NCBI RefSeq assembly: GCF_000015805.1
Contig: NC_009073.1
Coordinates: 450,001-482,000, forward strand
DNA from: Pyrobaculum calidifontis JCM 11548
GTDB lineage: Archaea > Thermoproteota > Thermoprotei > Thermoproteales > Thermoproteaceae
Direction: 5' to 3'
Length of the DNA stretch: 32,000 bases
Positions 9,761 through 18,019 of this stretch are shown piece by piece. The translations under genes and the position numbers were made by a program. Each line of letters starts with the position of its first letter. Within the stretch, counting starts at the first letter, position 1. The notes beneath the pieces were generated by a model. It was given only the letters and a program-made list of their open reading frames with translations, was not told the origin of the DNA and did not search any database.

Positions 9761-10272
9761 GCTGGAGGCTTACCGCCACCGTGGCCATAACCGCCACGCT
9801 GATCGCGCTGGTAGCCGCCCTGTTGCCCCCCACCGACTTGTTGACACAGCTACGCTCAGCCACCTACACCGCCCACTACCCCTGGGGCCTCGTCGCCGCA
9901 GACGGGAGCCACGCATACGCGGAGCTGGGCCCCTACAGGGTGGCCCTCAACCTGTGGAAAATCGTGATATGCGACGGCGGGTGCACCAGCCAGAACATAA
10001 ACGCCATCCAGCTATACGCCCAGCTCAAGGCACAGGGCCAACTCGTCATAGAAGACAGGGGAGGCGGGTGCTACCACGCACAGCTAAAACCCACCCAACT
10101 CGCCGGCAGAGTCGTAGCCGCCGACGTCACCTTCTGCCTACAAAGAGGCATCCCTACCCGGATAGACGGCACAGTCACAATAGACGGACACGAGATAAGG
10201 CTCGGCGGAGAGCCCCACATCGAGCCGACATTCCCAATGGACAAATACCTAGAAATCCACGAAAAAACTTAA
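9757..10272 (+). CDS. Hypothetical exported/membrane-anchored protein
   Basis: 171 aa from ATG9757 (ATGA overlap). N-terminal hydrophobic anchor TATVAITATLIALVAALL followed by a Cys-containing soluble domain (CDGGC). No recognised family. Confidence 0.55.
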   Translation: MSWRLTATVAITATLIALVAALLPPTDLLTQLRSATYTAHYPWGLVAADGSHAYAELGPYRVALNLWKIVICDGGCTSQNINAIQLYAQLKAQGQLVIEDRGGGCYHAQLKPTQLAGRVVAADVTFCLQRGIPTRIDGTVTIDGHEIRLGGEPHIEPTFPMDKYLEIHEKT

Positions 10273-10277
10273 AAAAT
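10268..10277 (+). promoter_or_regulatory. Putative internal TATA box (CTTAAAAAAT) for the downstream gene set
   Basis: A/T-rich element overlapping the stop of the preceding gene, centred about 24 nt upstream of ATG10296. It coincides with a drop in GC content of the locus. Confidence 0.35.
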
Positions 10278-10295
10278 CCCCGCGTTGTGGCGTGT

Positions 10296-10658
10296 ATGCC
10301 CTCGCCGCTGGTGTTGCACAGGTTGTTGGCTGTTAGGTCTTTGGCGCTGCGTAGGGGTGTTTGGTTTAGGGTTAGGCCGGCGGCGAGGGCGCTAATAGAC
10401 GCCGTAATCATACACCTCAGAAGGGGCGGCCGGGTGAAGTCGCCCGCCCTCATCGACGCCCTCAAGAGGGCCGTGGAAGAGGCCCTCTCCCTCGCCGCGC
10501 CGCTTCGCGTAAAGGCGAAGGCCCTGGGATACGCCATAGCCGCCAAGCTCGGCATCACAGTAGACGAAGAGAGAGCCATCGCCCTAGGAATACAATGGAT
10601 AAACACCCCAAAAAGGTATAGAGGAGAGATGCTGCTCACATGGACAGTGGCGCCGTAG
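10296..10658 (+). CDS. Hypothetical small basic helical protein
   Basis: 120 aa from ATG10296. The listed 234-aa ORF extends upstream in Arg-rich sequence that overlaps the previous gene. No recognised motif. Confidence 0.45.
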   Translation: MPSPLVLHRLLAVRSLALRRGVWFRVRPAARALIDAVIIHLRRGGRVKSPALIDALKRAVEEALSLAAPLRVKAKALGYAIAAKLGITVDEERAIALGIQWINTPKRYRGEMLLTWTVAP

Positions 10659-11605
10659 GCGGAATTGAGGTTAGCGTAGTTGTTCCCACCTATAACGAGG
10701 AGAAGAACATCGGGACTCTGCTAAGAGCCCTCGACGAGGCCCTACACGGAATACCCTACGAAGTGGTGATAGTGGACGACGCAAGCCAAGACAAGACCAT
10801 TGAAGTAGCTAATGCCACTCCTATCAGCGGGCACTTAGTTGTATATAGGAAGCCAAAAAGAACGGGAAAGCCGGAGTCCCTCGCCATAGGGCTAAAGGTG
10901 GCCAGAGGCAGATACATTTCCTTCCTAGACGCAGACCTGGAATACCCGCCCAAGGCCATAGCCCAAATGTACCATGAGGCGCTTGAAACGAATGCGGACA
11001 TCATCGCCGCGGCTAGGATAGACAAAAGGCCACTTCACAGAAGAGTAATATCGTGGGGGGCAAAACTCCTAGCAAAGCTAATGATACGAGAGCTGAGGAG
11101 GCTAAGAGACCCCACCACCGAGCTCATACTGGCCAAAAAAGAAGCTCTGGTTAAGGTGGGATTTGAAAAATACGCCAAGTACATAAAGCCCATAACAGCG
11201 GCCCTCCGCCACACAGCAAAACTCGGCTACAGAATAGCCGAAGTGCCAGTAGAGGTGACCCCCAGGCAACACGGCTCCAGTAGCTTCAAGACCAAATGGA
11301 TAACCGCCTACCTGAAAGAGCTAATGGACCTTACCGACTGGCTCATACCCAAATACATCGCAATCGCCCTCGTGGCAGCCCTCATAGCACACGTCTTAAA
11401 CCCAGCCATAGGCATAGCCTCCCTCGCCATGAGCCTAGCCATCCGCTACATCCCACTAAGACGCCTAATCAACCCCCTGGGCCTCATCACGGCCGAGGCC
11501 ACCTCCACAGCGCTAAAAATCGCCTCCGCCTCCCTCATCGGGCTACCTCTCGCTTGGCTAATAGCCTCAGCCCTCGAGGTGGCGCTAGTGATGTGGCTAA
11601 GATAG
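10640..11605 (+). CDS. GT2 glycosyltransferase, dolichyl-phosphate hexose synthase-like with C-terminal TM helices
   Basis: 321 aa. VSVVVPTYNEEKNIGTLL, VIVDDASQDKT, FLDADLEYPP. C-terminal hydrophobic tail. Confidence 0.8.
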   Translation: MDSGAVGGIEVSVVVPTYNEEKNIGTLLRALDEALHGIPYEVVIVDDASQDKTIEVANATPISGHLVVYRKPKRTGKPESLAIGLKVARGRYISFLDADLEYPPKAIAQMYHEALETNADIIAAARIDKRPLHRRVISWGAKLLAKLMIRELRRLRDPTTELILAKKEALVKVGFEKYAKYIKPITAALRHTAKLGYRIAEVPVEVTPRQHGSSSFKTKWITAYLKELMDLTDWLIPKYIAIALVAALIAHVLNPAIGIASLAMSLAIRYIPLRRLINPLGLITAEATSTALKIASASLIGLPLAWLIASALEVALVMWLR

Positions 11606-12423
11606 TGGGAAGATACGGGGGTAAGCCCACGCCCCCAGAGATAGCCTACATAGACGAAAAAGCCATAGCCACATACGAGCCATACGTGGTGCCCGTGATC
11701 TGGGCCCCAGAAGCCCCAACGCCGGAAGCCGCCGTGGTAACCATAGACGGGACGCGGGGCCTATTCGCCTTCAACAACTCGGGCTGTCCACGAAACCCAG
11801 CCGTAGTACAACACCTAAAAAAGAAGATAGAGAGAGTGAGGCGGCTGGGGTACTCCCTAGCAGTCCTCGACGAGCTCAACTACCCCACCCCACACGACGG
11901 CGAGCTCTTCTACAGTTGCTTCTGTCAATACTGCCTAACCCACAGCCCACGGCTAAAAATGCTCAAAAAAGGCGACCTCCAAGGACTCGCCGAGGTCCGG
12001 AAAGACCTCGTGAGGAGCGTGCTGAGAGAGGTGGCCCAATACGCCGAAGGCCTCGGGCTGAGGCTAGAGGCGGCAGTACACGCCCCTACAATAGCCCACC
12101 TAGCAGGCCAAGACTACCACACATTCCTCAGACACGTGGACAGACTACAGGTAATGCTATACCGCAAATGCCCAGGCCCAGCCTGCCTAAACCGAGAGCT
12201 GGCAATGCTCGCCCGCTTCGGCTACAACCCATATGGAATAGACCCAGACGCGGTGGAGAAGGCAGGCGTGCCAATCCGTGTGCTAAAGCAAGAGGCGCAG
12301 AAGGCCAGAGAGCTGGCCGGAGAGAGAGCCATCCCAATACTCTGGGCCGACGAGAAGCTCCCAGAAGCCATAAGGGCGGTAGAGGAGGTGGGATTCGAAG
12401 AAGTCATAATATTCACGCCATGA
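11605..12423 (+). CDS. Hypothetical protein, possible TIM-barrel glycoside-hydrolase-like (GHL/DUF4015-type) enzyme
   Basis: 272 aa from GTG11605 (overlaps the upstream TAG). The segment CPRNPAVVQHLKKKIERVRRLGYSLAVLDELNYP resembles the C-x-x-N-P...LD-x-x-x-x-P pattern of GHL families. Weak assignment. Confidence 0.35.
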   Translation: MGRYGGKPTPPEIAYIDEKAIATYEPYVVPVIWAPEAPTPEAAVVTIDGTRGLFAFNNSGCPRNPAVVQHLKKKIERVRRLGYSLAVLDELNYPTPHDGELFYSCFCQYCLTHSPRLKMLKKGDLQGLAEVRKDLVRSVLREVAQYAEGLGLRLEAAVHAPTIAHLAGQDYHTFLRHVDRLQVMLYRKCPGPACLNRELAMLARFGYNPYGIDPDAVEKAGVPIRVLKQEAQKARELAGERAIPILWADEKLPEAIRAVEEVGFEEVIIFTP

Positions 12424-13532
12424 GAATACTCTGGCTAAACTGGCGCGACATAAAACACCCACTAGCAGGAGGCGCAGAGGTGTACACACACGAAGTGGCA
12501 AAACGCCTCGCCGCACGCGGCCACGAAATCATCCTCGTCACCTCGAGGCCAAAAGGCCTCCCCCCAAGAGAGGAGATAGACGGCTACACAGTGATAAGGA
12601 GAGGAGGCAAGTACACCGTATACCTAGAAGCCCGCCGCCTCTATCACCAGCTAAAGAAGGAGGGCTGGCGCCCAGACGTGGTAATAGACGAAATAAACAC
12701 AGTGCCATTCCTAACCCCCAAATACGTCAAAGAGCCAATAGTAGCCCTGATACACCAGCTATGCAAAGACTGCTGGAAATACGCAGTACACCCACTCGCA
12801 CAGCCCCTAGGATGGTGGCTAGAACAACGCCTACACAAGCCATACATACAAGCGGCAAAGAGAGGCAACCTAAAGGTAATCACAGTCTCCCCCAGCACAG
12901 CCCAAGACCTATACGACCTAGGCTACCCACCCTACGCAGTAGCCATAGTCCCAAATGGGCTAGACTGGGAGCTATATAAAGACTGCAACAGCCAAAAGCG
13001 TGACTTAGTCACCTACGTGGGGAGAATAACCCCCTACAAAAGACTAGAAGACCTCCTAAAAGCTTGGAAAACTGTGGAAAAAAGCTACGACGCCGAGCTG
13101 ATCATTGCAGGCCGGGCCGACCCACGTTACCTAGCCAGACTCACAAAACTAGCCAAAAGACTAGACCTTAGCCGCGTCAACATAAAGGCTAACATTACCC
13201 AGCAAGAAAAAAAGGCACTACTAGCCGAGGCAAAGCTCCTCGTATACACATCCGTCCGCGAAGGCTGGGGACAAACAATCCTAGAAGCTGCGGCATGCAA
13301 GACACCATCAGTGGTATACAACGTACCTGGCCTAAGAGACGCCGTAAAGCACATGGAAACAGGTGTAATAGTAAAGCCAGGGAACATAGAAGAGCTAGCA
13401 AAGACAATAGTACTTGTAATGACAGAGGAAGAATTAGGGAAAAGGCTAGGAGAGATGGCCTATTTGTATGCACAGACATTTAGTTGGGATTTTACAGCAA
13501 AATTATTTTTAAAAGAAATTAATACAAGTTAA
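12420..13532 (+). CDS. GT-B fold glycosyltransferase (GT4 family)
   Basis: About 370 aa from ATG12420 (ATGA overlap). MRILWLNWRDIKHPLAGGAEVYTHEVAKRLAARGHEI and C-terminal EGWGQTILEAAACKTPSVVYNVPGLRDAV. The upstream part of the 538-aa ORF is Arg/Pro-rich read-through. The last ~100 nt are already AT-rich. Confidence 0.8.
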   Translation: MRILWLNWRDIKHPLAGGAEVYTHEVAKRLAARGHEIILVTSRPKGLPPREEIDGYTVIRRGGKYTVYLEARRLYHQLKKEGWRPDVVIDEINTVPFLTPKYVKEPIVALIHQLCKDCWKYAVHPLAQPLGWWLEQRLHKPYIQAAKRGNLKVITVSPSTAQDLYDLGYPPYAVAIVPNGLDWELYKDCNSQKRDLVTYVGRITPYKRLEDLLKAWKTVEKSYDAELIIAGRADPRYLARLTKLAKRLDLSRVNIKANITQQEKKALLAEAKLLVYTSVREGWGQTILEAAACKTPSVVYNVPGLRDAVKHMETGVIVKPGNIEELAKTIVLVMTEEELGKRLGEMAYLYAQTFSWDFTAKLFLKEINTS

Positions 13533-13535
13533 AAT

Positions 13536-14441
13536 ATGCAAAATAAAGAAGGGGTTACAATTGGAATACCGGTTTACAACGAAGAAAAAAATATACAAAG
13601 ACTTCTTAAAAGTTTGGCCATTCAAAAAAATGTTAATATAGATCAAACAATCATCGTTAATGATGGTTCTACAGATAATACAACAGCAAAAATACATGAA
13701 CTTAATACCTCAATAAAAAACAAACTTAATTTACATATAATTAACTTAGAAAAAAACATGGGAAAAGCAAATGCGCTAAACATAATTTTTAACAAAGCAA
13801 ATTCGGAAATATTGATTATCCTAGATGCAGATGTAATTCTTATAAAAAGCAATACATTAGAAGAATTGTTACGATGCTTTCAAATGGACAAAAACATAGG
13901 ATTAGTAAGCGGATGGTACATAATGGAGCCGCTTAAATCAACAAATATAATTGCAAGAGCGTATAGATTTTCAAACATATTACTCGAAAATCTAAGCAAA
14001 AAGAAACCATTGTATAGTGCCACTGGTGCTATTATGGCTTTACATAAAAGCATTTATAAAAAACTATCACTGCCACACAATGTTGTGAGGGATGATGCAT
14101 ATATTTATCTCTATACAGTAAAAAATGGAAAAAAGTATGTGTTTTGTCCAAACGCAAGAGTAATTATACCTATATATGAAAAAATGACAACTAAAACATT
14201 TTTATATAGACAACTTCGTGCTACTCGAATTCCAAAAGTTTTTGTAAAAGAATTTGGACAAATTGCAATTGATGAACTTAAAATAAATCCTTCAATAGCA
14301 ATTAAATCGTTTATAAAATCTTATATTAAACAACCATTTGATGGTACAATATACCTCATACTAAAAGTTGTATCAAGTATTTATAAAAGACTTTCAACAA
14401 ACACAAGCGTTAGAATTCATTGGAAAAATTATGAAAAATAA
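13536..14441 (+). CDS. GT2 glycosyltransferase (AT-rich, horizontally acquired)
   Basis: 301 aa. GIPVYNEEKNIQRLL, IIVNDGSTDNT, ILDADVIL (DxD), VRDDAYIYLY, YRQLRATR. Confidence 0.8.
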   Translation: MQNKEGVTIGIPVYNEEKNIQRLLKSLAIQKNVNIDQTIIVNDGSTDNTTAKIHELNTSIKNKLNLHIINLEKNMGKANALNIIFNKANSEILIILDADVILIKSNTLEELLRCFQMDKNIGLVSGWYIMEPLKSTNIIARAYRFSNILLENLSKKKPLYSATGAIMALHKSIYKKLSLPHNVVRDDAYIYLYTVKNGKKYVFCPNARVIIPIYEKMTTKTFLYRQLRATRIPKVFVKEFGQIAIDELKINPSIAIKSFIKSYIKQPFDGTIYLILKVVSSIYKRLSTNTSVRIHWKNYEK

Positions 14442-16566
14442 TTTGATCATATTATTGCTATACATCTTTATAAGTTTAATACCTCTTGTACTCATTTACT
14501 ATGATAATGATTTTAGAATTGTGATTTTCCACGATTCACCGTATCCGTTAAATTCAAAGGAACTCGCCTACCTATTCTTTTATATTTGGCGCGATAATTT
14601 TAATTTCGGTATAGCTGATGTTACAGGTATACCATTATCATTATTTTATCTTTTTATTTATATACTTGAAACAATAACTGTTGATAAAGCTCTAGCGCAG
14701 ATTCTACTTTTATTTATATTAAATTTATTAGCATTATACTCGATCTATTTGTTAGCGAAAGATATTGGTTTAAATAATTCACTAGCCTTAGTGGCATCGC
14801 TTCTATATTCGTTCAACCCTTACTCGCTTTATTACTGTTGGAGGATTTTTAATACTAATATATTTCTATATTCAGTTTTTCCACTTTATATTTTATCCAT
14901 AAACAAAATATACCGAGATAAAAAATACAAATATGTAGTACTGATATTGATCTCTACTGTAATTGCATATCCTTCGTTTACTAATCCAGCCTTTTTCTTG
15001 TCTCTATTTGTTGCATTATTAATTTATTTGCTAACATTATCGGTACTTATAAAGAAGAGCCTTATCGAAACATTTGCTACTTTTATTATAATAATTTTTC
15101 CCATTTTTACTCTAACATTTCCTGTTTATACTAATCTATATTTTGCAGTTAAAGAAAATAATATATTTACAAAAGATGTAATTCACAGCTTAGTAAAAAT
15201 ATATGAATTTAATACTCATAATGTAACTTTACTCAACCTCTTCACTTTAACTGCTATGCCACCTGTCTATGAAAATATTGAATGGTATCCTTTCCAAGAT
15301 TTATATAAAACTAATAATTTCACTATCGCTTTGGGACTTTTTATAGTTTTTATGTTAACCTTATCTTCAATTATTCAAAAAAATCGACTAATTTATGATC
15401 TACTTCCCTATATTTCACTCTTCTTATTTGCTTCATTTTTTACATTTAATAATGAATTTGGACATTACATATTTAGTAACTTAATTAATTTATTAGCACC
15501 ATGGCGTGATCCATATCATAAGCTTGGTTTTATCATTGCTTTAAGCTTAAGTCTCATTTTCTCTAAATCACTTCAGCTTCTAATAAAACTGTTTGCTAAA
15601 AATAACTATATAAGGTTATTTATTTATTTATTAGTTATGCCAATTTTACTATTTTATTTATTTCCATTTTTTACTTTAAATTTCATTCCAGAAAGTTTAA
15701 CTTACGAAAACACCATTATTACTCCTTTTACACAGGTAATCTACGACTATTCTCGTGTTATAGAAATATTGAAAAATGATAATTCTTTCAATCATTCAAT
15801 TGACAGAATTTTAGTCTATCCTTTTACTAATACACTTTGGTGTGAAAATGGCTATTTAGGAAGTGATATTTTACGTTTATATGGTTTCAATACTATTTCT
15901 ACGCTCTCTCACACAAATAGTTTAGAATCAATAAAATTTTTAGAAAATATATTAGAAAATGTAACAGTTATAAGGCAAAGTAATTTTGTTGATATAATCA
16001 GTAGATTAGGTGTAAAGTATATTCTTATCAGAAAGCAAACTTGTCAACGCTATTTAGTTGACCGCGCAATAGTAATCAAGACCATTCTTGAAAATAAGAG
16101 TAATATAATAAAAGTTCTAGAAACTGAACGTTTTGCTTTATTTAAGATAAAAAATGCAACAGTAAGCAGATTTGCTATACTAACTACCACTACCACAGAG
16201 GATTCTAATCTTGATATCTTGAATGTCTTGTTGACCAGCAGAGCTGTAGTTGCCTCAAAGGTTGATCCTTCTACCTGGGAGCTTAATGTCTCTTCTGACA
16301 CGCCCTTTTATCTTATATTTGCAAACAGTTATGACCAATATTGGGAAGCATATATATACAAAAACGGGACATTAGTTAGGACAATTAAGCCAATATCTTT
16401 TTATGGCATCTTTAATGCCTTCTGGATAAATGAAACTGGTAATCTATACATAGTAGTTAAATATAAACTGCAAGAATTTTTTATACTATTTTTGTTGATT
16501 TCATTTATTTTTCTCTCAATATTCATCTTCTTTATCTTTCACATAAAAGGCGATCCTCTTCAATAA
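14431..16566 (+). CDS. Large polytopic membrane protein, GT-C-type glycosyltransferase/polymerase candidate (AftD/DUF3367-like N-terminal pattern)
   Basis: 711 aa from ATG14431 (11-nt overlap with the upstream GT2; ORF opens at 14368). More than 12 hydrophobic segments. The first loop HDSPYPLNSKELAYLFFYIWRDNFNFG resembles the acidic/Pro...W...G loop of GT-C enzymes. A ~250-aa soluble C-terminal domain is followed by a terminal TM. Confidence 0.55.
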   Translation: MKNNLIILLLYIFISLIPLVLIYYDNDFRIVIFHDSPYPLNSKELAYLFFYIWRDNFNFGIADVTGIPLSLFYLFIYILETITVDKALAQILLLFILNLLALYSIYLLAKDIGLNNSLALVASLLYSFNPYSLYYCWRIFNTNIFLYSVFPLYILSINKIYRDKKYKYVVLILISTVIAYPSFTNPAFFLSLFVALLIYLLTLSVLIKKSLIETFATFIIIIFPIFTLTFPVYTNLYFAVKENNIFTKDVIHSLVKIYEFNTHNVTLLNLFTLTAMPPVYENIEWYPFQDLYKTNNFTIALGLFIVFMLTLSSIIQKNRLIYDLLPYISLFLFASFFTFNNEFGHYIFSNLINLLAPWRDPYHKLGFIIALSLSLIFSKSLQLLIKLFAKNNYIRLFIYLLVMPILLFYLFPFFTLNFIPESLTYENTIITPFTQVIYDYSRVIEILKNDNSFNHSIDRILVYPFTNTLWCENGYLGSDILRLYGFNTISTLSHTNSLESIKFLENILENVTVIRQSNFVDIISRLGVKYILIRKQTCQRYLVDRAIVIKTILENKSNIIKVLETERFALFKIKNATVSRFAILTTTTTEDSNLDILNVLLTSRAVVASKVDPSTWELNVSSDTPFYLIFANSYDQYWEAYIYKNGTLVRTIKPISFYGIFNAFWINETGNLYIVVKYKLQEFFILFLLISFIFLSIFIFFIFHIKGDPLQ

Positions 16567-16621
16567 AATACATAAAAATGATTAATTATATAGGCCATAC
16601 ACCGCGCTGAGAATGTAAATC

Positions 16622-16808
16622 GTGAAAATTTTAAGTTTTGGGGCTCGCGTTTAAGCCTGGCACAGACGACGTGAGAGAGTCACGCGGCGTGGAGGTGGCC
16701 AAGCTCTTGGCTGAGGAGGGAGCGGAGGTCTACGTCCACGACCCCGTGGCGTTGGAAAAGGCGAAGGCCGTGCTAGGAGACAAGGTGGCCTATGTGGAAG
16801 ACGCGTAG
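16622..16808 (+). pseudogene. ugd: 3'-terminal remnant of UDP-glucose/GDP-mannose 6-dehydrogenase
   Basis: Translation gives VKILSFG (frame a), then after a GGGG run [55 protein letters not shown]-stop (frame b). [14 protein letters not shown] is the hallmark of the UDPG_MGDP_dh C-terminal domain. About 60 of roughly 430 expected codons remain. High GC, unlike the flanks. Confidence 0.8.
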
Positions 16809-17100
16809 AGACTCGCGAAACCAAGATCTACGAAGGAGTAACATGACAGTGGTGGGCTGGGTTGTGAGATACTTATTATAGGAGCCGTCTCGAAAAGGTT
16901 TTCTAGATTATAACCTTGCATCGCAAAAATGTATATATGCATTGGAAATTCAACGAGGTCGTGAAGCCCGTCTTGGCGAACGGCATAGCCAGCGGCTATT
17001 GGATAGATGACGCCGAATTACGGCACATCTTCCAAAGACCTTATGATGTGGTGGTAAAAATCTCTGCCATGGCTCTAGCCGCAACCATGCCATATTTATC

Positions 17101-17976
17101 ATGGGCCTTACGAAGGGAAATATGACAGAGCCATTAGTATCAATAATAATACCTACACGCAACTCAGAGAAGACACTGCCCCTATGTTTAAGATCTATTG
17201 AAAAACAGACATATAAAAATATTGAAGTAATTGTAGTAGACAATTACAGCAAAGACAAGACTGTAGAAATTGCGAAATCCTATGGTGCGAGAGTGTACTT
17301 CAAGGGCCCTGAACGGTCTGCGCAAAAAAACTTTGGTGCACTCAAGGCCCAGGGAGACTACGTCTACTTCATAGACGCAGACTTCGTCCTCCACGCCCGC
17401 GTAGTAGAGGAAGCGGTCTCCTTAGCTAAGGAGGGATACGACGCAGTAGTAATTTTGAACATAAGCGATCCTCGCCCTAGTCTTGTGGCAAAGATTAGGT
17501 TTTATGAAAGATTGAGTTATTACGGCAGTGAAATGTATGAAGCAGCGAGGTTTATTAAGAAAGATCTTTTTTTAAAAGTTGGCGGTTTTGATATAAGGCT
17601 TTACGCAAATGAAGATTATGAACTCCATCAAAGACTTCTAAGGGCTGGTGCAAAGATTGCCAAAACAAAAAATAGTTTTGAAATACATATAGGTGAACCG
17701 TCAAGTATAAAAGAATTCATAATTAAGAATTTGTATTATGCATCAAATATTAGTACATACTTTAGGAAAAATCCAAATATTCGCCATATGACACCTTTAA
17801 GGCCCACTTTCTTTAGGAAGAGCTTTATAGGACACCTTGGGAGGAAATGGTTGCCAGGCCTATTTTTAGTGATTCTATTCAAAGTTTTACAAGCCACTGT
17901 AATAGGGTTAGGTATTTTAATAAAGTCCAACGTTTTACCATATGAGAATATACAAAAACTTAGAAGAGTAATTTAA
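17101..17976 (+). CDS. GT2 glycosyltransferase (compositionally chimeric)
   Basis: 291 aa. VSIIIPTRNSEKTL, VVDNYSKDKT, FIDADFVL (DxD), ANEDYELHQRLLRAG. Alternative start ATG17122 lies about 27 nt after the A/T box ATATTTAT (17092-17099). Confidence 0.8.
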   Translation: MGLTKGNMTEPLVSIIIPTRNSEKTLPLCLRSIEKQTYKNIEVIVVDNYSKDKTVEIAKSYGARVYFKGPERSAQKNFGALKAQGDYVYFIDADFVLHARVVEEAVSLAKEGYDAVVILNISDPRPSLVAKIRFYERLSYYGSEMYEAARFIKKDLFLKVGGFDIRLYANEDYELHQRLLRAGAKIAKTKNSFEIHIGEPSSIKEFIIKNLYYASNISTYFRKNPNIRHMTPLRPTFFRKSFIGHLGRKWLPGLFLVILFKVLQATVIGLGILIKSNVLPYENIQKLRRVI

Positions 17977-17998
17977 GGTTAACTCTATATAAACTAGA

Positions 17999-18019
17999 AA
18001 TGTTTTTAAATAAAACATT
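17999..18019 (+). terminator. Possible terminator hairpin with T-run after the GT2 gene
   Basis: AATGTTTT (17999-18006) and AAAACATT (18012-18019) form a perfect 8-bp inverted repeat with a 5-nt loop, 23 nt after the stop codon. It contains a T5 run. It is a weak A/T-only stem in AT-rich DNA. Confidence 0.25.

Larger units (their letters stand above)
13470..16600. other. AT-rich foreign block 1 (about 18-30% GC) inside the glycan locus
   Basis: Hand counts: 13501-13560 is 11/60 GC and 14461-14520 is 13/60 GC. Flanks are 40/60 (4561-4620) and 41/60 (16681-16740). Codons are dominated by AAA/AAT/ATA/TTA. Confidence 0.85.

Noticed and set aside
9096-9863. Antisense ORFs in the GC-rich cluster, for example 9096-9863 (255 aa), 5952-6632 (226 aa), 1747-2244 and 27062-27547.
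   Set aside because: They are Arg/Gly/Pro-rich, have no motifs and are fully antisense to genes with clear family signatures.
13509-13697. Antisense and alternative-frame ORFs inside the AT-rich block (13509-13697, 13643-13852, 16050-16301, 17188-17394, 17736-17930).
   Set aside because: They overlap the GT2 and GT-C genes, which have clear motifs and topology. They are short and have no features.
16916-17125. 69-aa ORF of intermediate GC between the ugd relic and the chimeric GT2. GYWIDD vaguely recalls the GYWxDxGT motif of sugar nucleotidyltransferases.
   Set aside because: The match is too short and imperfect and the ORF overlaps the GT2 start. It may be another gene fragment, but this cannot be supported by eye.
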